Below, one piece after another: positions 40,889 through 53,299 of a DNA stretch of 64,000 nt. The position numbers and the translations under genes are program-made. Every line of letters starts with the position of its first letter. Positions within the stretch are counted from its first letter, which is position 1. Below the pieces are notes generated by a model. That model had not been told where the DNA came from. It saw only the letters and a program-made list of their open reading frames with translations, and searched no databases. The stretch is from the NCBI GenBank assembly GCA_951406725.2, contig OX597826.1, forward strand, positions 16,802,001 through 16,866,000, read 5' to 3'. This DNA comes from Octopus vulgaris (Eukaryota).

Positions 40889-41470
40889 ATCTTCTCTACT
40901 CTAGGCACAAGTCCCGAAATTTTAGGGGAGGGGGTTAGTCGATTAGATCGCGCCCCAGTTCGGAACTGGTACTCAATTTATCGACCCCGAAAGGGTGAAA
41001 GGGAAAGTTGACCTCAGCGGAATTTGAACTGAGAACAGCGGCAGACGAAATACCTATTTCTTTACTACCCACGAGGGGCTAAACACAGAGAGGACAAACA
41101 AGGCCAGACAAACGGATTAAGTCGATTATATCGACCCCAGTGCCTAGCTGCTACTTATTTAATCGACCCCGAAAGGATGAAAGGCAAAGTCAACCTCGGC
41201 GGAATTTGAACTCAGAACGTAGCGGCAGATGAAATACCTATTTCTCTACTACCCACAAGGGGCTAAACACAAAGAGGACAAACAAGGACAGACAAACGGA
41301 TGAAGTCGATTATATCGACCCCAGTGCGTAACTGGTACTTCATTTATCGACCGCGAAAGGATGAAAGGCAAAGTCGACCTCGGCGGAATTTGAACTCAGA
41401 ACGTAGCGGCAGACGAAATACTGCTAAGCATTTTGCCCGGCGTGCTATCGTTTCTGCCAGCTCGCCGCCT
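40889..41470 (-). mobile_element. Family A SINE, trimeric form, with TSD
   Basis: Same three-core architecture as 2597-3177. Flanked by AAAAGAAAAATATA (40875-40888) and AAAAGAAAATTATA (41472-41485). Confidence 0.92.
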
Positions 41471-41626
41471 TAAAAGAAAATTATATTTCATTTCAAACGG
41501 TGGAAACAAAATATATAAGCAGAAATTATAATGACCAACATTCTTTTCTTTTCTAGAAATCTATTTTACACACACAAACATGTTTGTGTGGGTGTGTGTG
41601 GGTGTGTATGTGTGTGTGTGTGTGTT

Positions 41627-41669
<43 letters not shown>

Positions 41670-43077
41670 ATACATGTATGCAGCAAGTGAATTGAAAGTT
41701 ATGGATTACTTTGTGCAGATTCTAACACATAGCTCGATGTCATACTTTTCTACATGTATCAAGAAGATAATCTTGTATAGCCAAATATAAAAAAGAAAAA
41801 AAGTTAAAATTTGAAATTAGTACATAATTTTCATTCAAGACAATTAATTTTCTTTTCACATTGAAGGTAAATTCAAAAATAGTTATTCTAACATAAGATC
41901 TATTCCAGCATTATCTTTGCAGGTGTAAGCGACTATTTCTTGTAAGTATTCCAGCTTCCCTAGTTGATTAAAATAAACAAAATTTCGAACCTAAAATATA
42001 GCATGTCATATGCTAGTTGTTTGCTGTAATACATTTGGCAGTTATACTTCAAAACTTATTGAAATATATAATGTTCCCACTACTTTATGAACATTCAAAA
42101 TATACCTAAAAACAGCCAGAATATAACTGAATCTGCATTTAATCATATCCCGAGCTTATGCAGTTTTACTTTTCAAATATATGGCTGCAGCTTCCAGGTT
42201 TGCATATAGCACCAACTCTCTGAGATGAATAGTTTCAGATGATTCAATAGATTTTCAATAGTAGAAATCCATTCATTTCATGACGTAGCGAAAAAAATTT
42301 CCATGAATTTTCGCAGCTGTCAATTATTGAAGTACTTTTAAGGGATGTGTTGCATAAGAAGTTAGCAACTGAATGCAAATTAAAGAAATCGTGATGGCAG
42401 GATGTGTGACGATGAAATAAATGTGAGATGTCAGCAGTGCACAGAGTGAATGGAACGGAAACAATAATGTTCCTTGATGTAGTAACCGTATCCTGGGGAG
42501 TATTGATCAAGAGATACCCATTACTCTATTATTACGATATTTTAATTCTCAAATGTATTTTGATGTATACCAACGACAAGAAATGAGCGTCACGTTAAAT
42601 AAACCGGCTGGTGCTAGACCCAGCCGTTAGAAAAAGGACTTGACCTTTTCAATCTTTTTAATCTCCCAGTAACAGCCCGATCGCAATTTTCTATAATAAA
42701 GCCAATCATGATAGTACGATGCGGTATCCGTCAAAAATGAGCGAGTCGTTCAATGTCATCAATTGTAGGGTTTTCATGTCTAATGAATTCCATACCTGGC
42801 AGATGCTGCAATTTAATTAAGTAAAATTTACAATACACTCAATGTTGACCACTGACTACATTTTGCTAAAAAAGAAATCAATTATATTTTTAATAATAAG
42901 AGTTTTGATTTCTAAACCTAAATATATTTTGCCGTGAGATATGTACGTAGAAGGAAAATTAAAGCGCATTGAAATAAAAGAAAATACTGACATATGGCTA
43001 ATATATATATAAAAGAAGGAAAATTCACACACGTTATATAGCTTCAATATGCATTTTAATATGTTTTATATTGTGTT

Positions 43078-43110
43078 TGTCGACCGGTTTCGCTTACGCT
43101 AATCATGACA
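43078..43110 (-). ncRNA. Hammerhead-like motif with variant core at the 5' end of a PLE
   Basis: TGTC-ATGATTA-GC GTAA GC-GAA-AC-CG-GT-C-GACA. Stems I-III are intact, but the core reads AUGAUUA instead of CUGAUGA. Confidence 0.5.
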
Positions 43111-43149
43111 TTGAAATTATTATTATTTCGTATTTTCTTCCGCAGATTT

Positions 43150-46100
43150 TAATCCATGCTGTGTTTGGAGAAGTTTATGAATGAATGATTCAACAAGTAG
43201 AAAAATCTAAGAGGTGGTAATTGGTGATTGTTATTATTGGGAATAGGGGAATTCCTTTTGGAACACGATAAAAAAAATAATAAGGCAGAAATATATGAAA
43301 AATGGATTGACTCAACACCATTAATTCTACCAAGCAAACTACAAATCAAACCAATTCCATCAAAAGCCCAAACAACAAAGACATTTTAAGGAGAAATTAG
43401 CACTAGAGAAAAGGAAAATAGAGATTGAGTTACTTAAACTTAGACCGTCGAATAACGAGCAAAAATATAAAATGATCAATGAAATACACACCGAACTCAC
43501 TGAACATGCTGATGTACAACTGTTGGAAAGTGTTATAAAACTATAGAAAGACAGCTGTGAATCGGAAGAAATCAATTCCCTGTAACGTTGGGAAAACAGC
43601 GTTAATTTTCTCCTTAGTTACGAACATCAGTTTAAAAGGAACTACATTTCATATAACCACTTCCTTAAAAAATCTAAAACAAATACATCTACGGAAATAA
43701 ATAAACGTCCAATTAGATCAAACTATAAAAGACACAAATCCAACTTCTCACTTAGAAGTGTGCCGTTCTCAATCTAGTAATAAGGACAACTCACTAATAA
43801 AAAATACTAGGAGAAACCAACCTAGGATTAGGAGTAATTATATTCTTCCCTGCAACTAGAAACGTCCAGGGGACTTCTTCCCCTCATCGAAAAAACTCAA
43901 CCTGCGGAATTTCAGCCTATTTACTCAGAAAAGCCAACTCCTTAGCATCTCAGACCTAATTAAGCAGCCGCCACCCATCAATCTATTCCAACGAACAAAT
44001 CCGAACCACGTACTTCCAAGCAATTTACCGAGACAGCAACTCCACCCTCTCAGCAATCCTAAAATAATTAATAACAATAATAACACTGATTACTTCTACC
44101 AACTAAATTACAGTGGACATCTTTCAGACCGAGTGGAGAGAAAAAGGGACAAACGTTGGAAGAAAACATACAGAGGAAACCCAGAGTAATAAATTTATCA
44201 AAGAAAACACCTCTCTCCGCAACAAAAATTAGTAAAATTAGTATACTAGCTAAAGGATTAGAATTTACCCCTACCTCATGAAGATCTAACCAAAGTGGAA
44301 TTAAAGACAATACTTAGGAATTCTGCATAAAACTACGACTCACAGAAGCACCAACAACAACTAGGATGAATCACTGGTTAAAAACAGAAGTAATTATCTT
44401 CCACCTGAAGGTAAGAATAAAACACTAGATTACCTTTGCGACCATATCCAAAATTTCCCAAATACTTTCTATAAACGAAAATTTAATTCAAACCTCAACA
44501 ATCTAGAATGGAAAAATCTGACAATTAAACTTGTAGACAACGGAAGTGCTGTAGACAAAAAATACTACAAAAACTTAGTATTATCCATGCTTGGAAACGA
44601 TACCGTCTACGAAAAATTTGTAAACTATAAGCAACAAAAAACAATGAAAAACCTTGCTTTCTTAATACTCCTATATGGAAATAGCCTGACAGAAAAAAAG
44701 TAGGTTATATCACGAACTTTAAATGTAAATCTAGTCGTTTCTACGGTCGACCTAAAATACACAAAAGCATGAGAGTTAATGAAGCCTGCAGACAATCACC
44801 AGGCAAATGCATAAATATCCAAGCGCCAGAAGACTTAAAGTTAAGATTCATTATAGCTGGCCCAGCCTGTGAAACCCACTACCTTAGCAATTTCTTAGAC
44901 ACCCTAATGAAACCCTTGCTGAAATACCTCAAAGTTTCATTAGAGACGATCTAGACATGCTAGGGCACCTAAAAAAAACCCAACTAAATAAGAGGCATTA
45001 TAGGTTTCCTTCGAAGTTATTAATCTTTACACCTAAATCCCACATAAATATGGCATAGAAGCAATAAAATTCTGGTTGGAAAAGTACCCCGAAGTTATTC
45101 CGGAAAGCATAAACTAGGTCTTTATAATTGAATCTTTAAAAGTTATACTTCAGAAAAATTATTTCCTATTTGATGACACTCACTATCCTCAAAAATGCGG
45201 AATTGCGATGGGAACGAAAACAGCACTTGTTCTTGCAAACCTAATAATGGGTTATTTTAAACTCCCTATATAAAAAGTGTTACTGCAAAAATATAGATAT
45301 CCATTTCAACATTATATAGGAGAGAACTGAAAAAGATACCTGGATGACTGCATTATTATTTGGAAGGAGACCATTGATAAACTATTGGAATTCAAATCAT
45401 TACTAAATAATATAAGCCCTAACGTTCAATTCACAATGAAATATAGCAAAAAATAGCCCCCTTTCTTGGATATTATGATAATAATACTCAACAACCAAAT
45501 TATAACCGACATTTATCATAAATCAACGAAGTCGAAGCAAGCAATATATCCCGTTTAGCTCATGCTGCCTGAAACATTTCAACAGAAATATCTCCTTAAA
45601 GCCCATAAAATAATAAATAAGCAATGGAAAACCCAAATCCATAAAAAAACTTACTCACCAATGCAACATTACCCAATACAAGCCATCGTCAAAAAATATA
45701 GTTGCTTTGGGGGACCTGCATCCACCTCATTGAAGGAACAATATTTAAATTCCAATGAGAACACACTTTTGTCATAAAAAATAACTTCACCTGCGCATCA
45801 AATAATTTACTTTATGCCATTAGGTGTGAAGGGTGCCACAAAGAATATATAGGGCAAATTAGTCTTACCTCAGAGATAGGATGAAAGTCTAGTGCCAATA
45901 ATTGAGTGATTCCAACAAAAGACAGATACCACTTAGTGGTCACTTAGATGTTTGTGCACAAGATAAGTCCCCCACATTCATAGTTTTCCCACTATACCAG
46001 TGTCCAGACAGCACAACTTTTCAAACACGGATAGATAAGAAAAATATCCTTATTCAAAAATACAGAGCCCAACTGAACATACTCTAACATCTCAAAAAAT

Positions 46101-47800
46101 ATACTAGGACTGCCGACACAAACACAATACTTGAACCCCTACCCGTCAGGTACACATCTACAACAAACACAGATGTACAAATACACACACACAAATACAA
46201 TGCACCCCCACACACACACACACGAACAAGCACAATATCCACACTCTGAAGCACAAATATATAAATTTCAAGAAAAAATACACATATATTTACATGCAAT
46301 ATGATTCTAGCAATCACAACAAACACACACATACATGCACAAATACATAGACACGTACATGCACACACTTACACACACCGCCCTGATAATTACAAGACAC
46401 ACTCACACAAATACACTCACACATACACAGATACACACACAAATACAACACAACCCACACACATACGTACATACACACACACACACACACACACACAATA
46501 TGTCCATTTTCCCAGTAAAAATCACACACTCAAAGAAAAAACACACGCAATACGATTCCAACAATCACAATAAGCATTCACAGACACACACACACACATA
46601 CACGCATACACACACATAAGTACATACACGCATACAATAACACACGCCACCCTACAAATACAAGACTCACTGACACAAACACGCCCACACGTATACACAC
46701 ACACTGCTCAAGCAATACAAATAAAACTCAGAAAAATAAACCCAAACATAAGCACACACCACACACAAAAATAACACAAACACACACGCACGCGCATGCA
46801 CACATACACACACACTTCTCCACAACAAATATAGCACACACACATGCACACACCCCAAAAAATTACATGAACCACACCCACATATACACACATACACGCA
46901 CAAACGCATATTCAGTACAAACACGTACTGTACATACACACATATACACACCTCCCTGTTAAACGTAACACACACGGACACACACCGAACCCCTGACAAA
47001 TACAACACACTCACACACAGATACAAACTCACACACACATACATACACATGCACGTCTACACACATACGTATGCGCACACACACACAAACAAACACATAC
47101 ACACAAACACATACACACACGCACAGACACAGCACTCTGACAAATGTAAATCACACACACACACACAAACGTGCACACATATACAAGCACCACCGTGCTA
47201 AATATAAAACACATGCATATAGACTCATACACAAACACACCGTGCCGAGCTCTAAGACTAGTCAAAAAACCACACACACATCCAGAAGCACATATATATA
47301 CACACATAGAACTATGCACACACACAAACACACTCACACCATCTTGAACTCTAAGACCAGTCCCAAAACCACTGAACCATGACAGACTAGCCCAGAAACA
47401 AAAGAAACCTTTTGATTCCACAAACTATTCGAAATCAGATCACGTGAATGCTTTCCCTCACCAACCAACAGCCTATAATATTTCTAAAAATAGCAACCAT
47501 CCTTGCCAAAACACATACAAGAGTGGAGATGAAGAGAAAAGTTTGGTCATTCCACTAAAATTCTGTATAAAGACTTGAATATGATTGCTGATGAAGTTTT
47601 GACTAAGCAATACGCGCTTTCTCCTATCAAATACTGTCTCTAAATTCTGTATCTATGCTTATATACAATCATGATTATTGAAGAACTTATAAATAATTAT
47701 GAATTTGTTTTACTACCTATTTTTGAACACTTTTATATAAACTGTTTAAACACGAAGATCCTATTCACATTTTCTTATCATTGTCAAAGTCTCTATTACT
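43150..47800 (+). mobile_element. Large decayed Penelope-like element (Neptune-like): RT, GIY-YIG and a long CA-rich 3' region
   Basis: VINLS..ILAKGLEFTPT, FYGRPKIHK, LRFIIAGP, NYFLFD..Y.Q..GIAMGT, KRYLDDC, PFLDI..TDIYHK, FTCASNNLLYAIRCEGCHKEYIGQ; ORF ends KYRAQLNIL* at 46087. Confidence 0.92.
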
Positions 47801-47820
47801 GTATGTTAATACATCTATGT

Positions 47821-48036
47821 CAGGGGTGGGCAAACTACGGCCCGCGGGCCGCATGCGGCCCGCCATAGGTTTTCATGCGGCCCGCCGAGAGCTTTTATGA
47901 ATCCCAACTTCTATGCAGATACTTCGTAACTGTACGGTAATTCACAATATTTTCACTTGATTTTTATAAATGAGGCCCGCCAAGGTTCCAAAGACGCACT
48001 GTGCGGCCCGCGATCAAAAACGTTTGCCCACCCCTG
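47821..48036. mobile_element. hAT (Charlie/Buster-type) MITE, 216 bp
   Basis: TIRs CAGGGGTGGGCAAAC / GTTTGCCCACCCCTG, perfect 8-bp TSD ATCTATGT, and internal GCGGCCCG repeats. Confidence 0.95.
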
Positions 48037-48208
48037 ATCTATGTTAACCATTTTCTAACACCACAAAGGCTACAAAAAACTTGATATTTTATTTTGAAAA
48101 TCTTTTTTAAAAAAGTAAAGTCAATAAACATTTTAAAAAGATCTCTGCATTTTCACGTCCTCTTCCTTGTATATTTTCACTGCTGCGTTACCTTCTAATT
48201 TTACTCTG

Positions 48209-48281
<73 letters not shown>

Positions 48282-48333
48282 CTGGCCGTGCCCCAGAGCT
48301 GACTCATATAGATGAATAAAGGAATAAAAGAAA

Positions 48334-48365
<32 letters not shown>

Positions 48366-48368
<3 letters not shown>

Positions 48369-48720
48369 TAAATAAAACATATGCATATATACATACATAT
48401 ACGTACGTACCTACCTCTTCATGTATATATACATGCATATATGGGTACACGACACTCAAAAAACGTCGAACACAATGAGAAACGAAAACATAAACACAAA
48501 ACCAAGGAAATGAACATTTTTCTTAAACAACGAAAAAATAGAGTACTGGACATACAAAACAAGTAAAATTTCCCTTCTTCAGTCGCCTTTGTTTCGAAGG
48601 TCAAGGCGATACATGACTTTGTTGAAACAATCCTTCCCGCGAAAATCAAATTAAATAAAATTTAAGATTTTTTTGCGGAGGGGTAAAAATGGTAACAAAA
48701 ACAGGACAGTAACGACAGTA
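48366..48720 (-). repeat. Unclassified (TA)n-associated interspersed repeat (copy 2)
   Basis: Inverted homolog of 36330-36545, extending further. Confidence 0.85.
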
Positions 48721-48814
48721 CACATACATAAATATAGATAGATTGATAGATAGATATATAGATAGATACATACATACATACATACATACATACATGCATA
48801 CATACATGCATATA

Positions 48815-49227
48815 GGCGCAGGAGTGGCTGTGTGGTAAGTAGCTTGCTAACCAACCACATGGTTCCGGGTTCAGTCCCACTGCGTGGCATCTTGGGCGAA
48901 TGTCTTCTGCTATAGCCCCGGGCCGACCAATGCCTTGTGAGTGGATTTGGTAGACCGAAACTGAAAGAAGCCTGTCGTATATATGTATATATATATATGT
49001 GTATGTGTGTGTTTGCGTGTCTGTGTTTATCCCCCTAGCATTGCTTGACAACCGATGCTGGTGTGTTTACGTCCCCGTCACTTAGCGGTTCAGCAAAAGA
49101 GACCGATAGAATAAGTACTGGGCTTACAAAGAATAAGTCCCGGGGTCGATTTGGTCGACTAAAGGCGGTGCTCCAGCATGGCCCAGTCAAATGACTGAAA
49201 CAAGTAAAAGAGTAAAAGAGTAAAGAG
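48815..49227 (+). mobile_element. Family B SINE (CORE-like, OR-type), full length
   Basis: GGCGCAGGAGTGGCTGTGTGGTAAG (A box), GGTTCAGTCCC (B box), CORE-like ATCTTGGGCGAATGTCTT, internal (TA)/(TG) tract and (AGTAAAAG)n tail. Confidence 0.93.
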
Positions 49228-49646
49228 TATATATAAATATAGATAGATAGATGATAATTTAAGAGCCGTCCATAACCCTCCTTTAATGAACTAAATTTCT
49301 GCCTAACATTTGCTAATATCGGAATTACCCGATGTCAATAAAATCATCTCCAGTGATTTTAAGTGTTAATGCAGTCACTAAATATTCAGTGCTGCACTGA
49401 AACATTCTAGAGAAACTGCACTGAAGATAAAATTTCGACGCTGCTTAAAGTCTCGTGAGCTCTGTAGCTCGTTGTCAAACGGCTAATTATGTCTATAGTA
49501 AACCTTCAAAGCAGGTTCATGACTTCAATATGTGTGTATATGTGTGTGTGTGCGTGAGTATGTGTATGTTTATGTGTACACATATGCATACACATACCTG
49601 CATACAGACACAAGCTCACATACGAATGTATATGTGTGTGTGCCTA

Positions 49647-49718
<72 letters not shown>

Positions 49719-50013
49719 AAAGATATACCGGGTAGGAAAAATTATAGAAATTATTTCTACTACTGGCCTAGCATGCAGAAAATATTCAATAGACTATATA
49801 TTATTCATATAAAATTAATGTACATTTAAACACATAACTTTTCAAATCCATTGTAACTTGTCAAATCCACCGCGCAAGCGCGTTTTTTGTCGGCAGCAAA
49901 TAAAATGCCGACTTGCTTCAAAATTAATAAAATCATACTGGTCCTTCAGATATGCAATGTGTTCTGTCAAGACACCACTTATGTGCTTAAATCTACACTA
50001 ATTTTATACATAT

Positions 50014-50068
<55 letters not shown>

Positions 50069-50752
50069 TGTACGCCTCTCTTCTGTCTTTCAACTCCGTC
50101 ACACTTACTTCGTTCTTTCCACTTTTCTTTCGTTCGCTCCCCCTCCCTCACATTTCCTGGCCTTCCCTTCATTCTCACCTTCCCTCTCTTTCACTTCACT
50201 CTGTCCTTTTTCTTCTCTCTCGTCTCTCTCTAATTCTTCTACCTATCTGCCTCTACCTCTGTCCTCTCCTTCCATGTGATCGGTGTTCGGCCAAGACTGA
50301 CCTTTCTTTCTCGGTTCGACTACCGTCCGTGTAACATTTGTATTCCTTCTCGTGCCTGTCATCCCTTAAATCCCTGCCGTAAGGCTTCACTTCCACACAT
50401 GCCAGCTTAACTTAATTCGTCCTTAGTCGAAAGACAACAGTTGTTAATGTCCTATTATTTACATTTGTATTGTGTAACATTTCTCCGTTTCCTTCCGTCC
50501 TTGTTTTCGTATACAATCACTGCTTTCTTCCAAGAAATCTAGTGCTCTTAGGTTAGATTTTCTTTGGTGGTGGCCAGATTGGAGCCCTCTCGAGTATAAT
50601 CAGCCGATACTGCAAAGATAATATGGTACTTGACTGACGAAAGAAAACTCCGAATGACCCGTCCATGTTTTTTCTTGTCCCCTTTTGTATCATCTAACTG
50701 TCTGGATGTCTTGTCGCCCAATGTGTTCTAGTCCCATTTTTTGTATTCTTAT

Positions 50753-50848
<96 letters not shown>

Positions 50849-51214
50849 CTTATAAAAATCCGGAGGTGTGAGATAAAAGATGAATATACATTATTTTAAC
50901 ATCCTTGATATTACGTAAAATCCTTGATATTCCGGCCATTTCATAACCATTTTAATGTAATATTACTTACAGTATGGGAGAAATTGCGCTTGCCTATTTA
51001 CATCAATATGTAGGATTGGCATTATGCAGTGCAATTGTACTTTTTCAAATCCATGCATCTAAAGATGTTCACCGGAACATCATTTTTACAGCAACGATTC
51101 AACTCTTACTTTTATAAACACTCTACATATACTTCTCTCTTTGCATTATATGTAGACTGTTAGCCAAATCTGTAATGAGAGCTTTCTGTGATAGCCACAT
51201 GAACTTTTGAATGC

Positions 51215-51287
<73 letters not shown>

Positions 51288-51430
51288 CTGTATACGTCTG
51301 TGTGTGGTGTGTGCGTGTGTATGTTTGTTTCTGTTGTGTTGGTCAGGGCTGTGTCTGTGTGTGTGCACTGAGTATATTACTTATATTACTTATATGTGTG
51401 TGTGTATATATATATATATGTATATATATG

Positions 51431-51475
<45 letters not shown>

Positions 51476-51478
51476 ATG

Positions 51479-51509
<31 letters not shown>

Positions 51510-52076
51510 ATGTAAATAACATATATATACATATACATAGATACAACAGAATATTTCTTAACAATATATCATGTGTACATTCAAGTGAGCACAAACACGT
51601 ATATGCAGCGGTAATACTATGTAGATATATGATAGTAACATGGCCATAATAAATGCGTTGAGTCGTTTATGTTTCAAAAATATACTGAACCCTGAATGAA
51701 ATATGTCATGTAATATACAAATAATTTCAGTATCTATGCATTTCAACAAACTATTATAAATGTAATTTCAACTTTTTTTCTTTTTTTTTTCATGGGAGGT
51801 TACTTATAACAAACGGTCTCTAATGTAGATAATAATGTGAAGCAAAGTATTTTCTTAAACAATATTTTGGCGCAAACAGTATTTCTGAAAACCATCACGC
51901 TCTACGTTATTTAGTTTGAGACACTTGCTTACTCTAGGTCTCAGGAGATTTATAGATTGATTTGATATTGATGTATCATCACCTTTGACATTATTTATTA
52001 CAAAATAGCAACTTAGTGGGACCAAACTTAATATGGCTAAGAATTTCACAACCAGGAAAAGCTGTATCATGTTTAT

Positions 52077-52142
<66 letters not shown>

Positions 52143-52385
52143 GTATTTATGTATATATATGTATATATATATACATATATATACATATACATACATATAC
52201 ATATACATATATGTGTATATAATGTATACATATATTTGCATACATATATACATACATGTATGTATATATATATTTATATATATATGTATATATATTATTA
52301 GTGGAAGGCCATGGGCTCTTAGGAGCCTAGTTCGATTTGTTTTGCTCCGCCTCTGTTCTGTTTTTGTTTTTTCCAACGGATTTCC

Positions 52386-52478
52386 TATTTCTTCCTGAAG
52401 AGAAAGACACAATATGGTCTCATTATTCAATCGGATTTTGGTAAATTGTGCCTTTCGAAACACGTGTAGAATGAAATA
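52386..52478 (+). ncRNA. Type I hammerhead ribozyme with long stem II and palindromic stem III
   Basis: TATTTCTTC-CTGAAGA-GAAAGACACAAT...ATTGTGCCTTTC-GAA-ACAC|GTGT-A-GAATGAAATA. Canonical core, GUA cleavage triplet. Confidence 0.8.
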
Positions 52479-52789
52479 AAACGATTTCTGTTCAATCTTC
52501 GTTCAGTTCCATTTCTTCATTTCACTAATAATATTAAAATTCAATTATCCGAAACAACGCACGGTTGCAACACCATATGGTTGTACCTCCAACCGTGCTG
52601 TCTTCTGCTGTGATTTTTGCTACCAAGGTATCGGTTAAACTTTTGATTAATCTGCTACAATATTATTCATCGTTCTATTTCACATAATATATGTATATAT
52701 AAATATGTATATATATATATGTATATATATATACATATATATATATAAATATATATATACATACATGTATGTATATATATTTATATATT

Positions 52790-52836
<47 letters not shown>

Positions 52837-53065
52837 TGTATTTTATAATATATATTATTTATTACTTTGGACTCCCAAATTCGAAGGAGACAATGGAAGG
52901 ACATATTGCATGCCAAGCAATTTTCTATCGCCAAATTTGGTCTTGTGACCTTGCCTTCCGGCCTGAAAAGTAACGGGCAAACTAAGAAATAGCAAACGAT
53001 TGTCGTTATATGAGTAATTAGGTGCAGTCTACTTTTGAATTTAAGGCATTTCATATTCTTTCATT

Positions 53066-53275
53066 CTATTATTCTTTTACTTGTTTCAGTCATTCCACTG
53101 CAGCCATGCTGGAGCACCACTTTTAGTCGAATAGATCGCCCCTAGGACTTGATCTTTGTAAGTCTAGTACTTATTTTACCCGTCTGTTTTGCCGAACTAC
53201 TACGTTATGTACATGTAAGCACACCAACATCGGTTGTCAAGGCGATAATGGACAGATAAACACAGACACAGGCAT
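53066..53275 (-). mobile_element. Family B SINE, 3' half
   Basis: TTTTACTTGTTTCAGTCATT..GCCATGCTGGAGCACCAC..CATCGGTTGTCAAG. Confidence 0.85.
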
Positions 53276-53299
53276 ATATAGGTATATATATATGTGTGT

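Noticed and set aside
41900-42500. pogo-like fossil with a C-terminal Cys cluster (VRCQQCTE*)
   Set aside because: Only one weak motif; needs a translated search.
48570-48600. Permuted (type II) hammerhead on the minus strand (CGAAAC...CTGAAGA)
   Set aside because: No stem III, cleavage triplet or stem I can be drawn in this copy.
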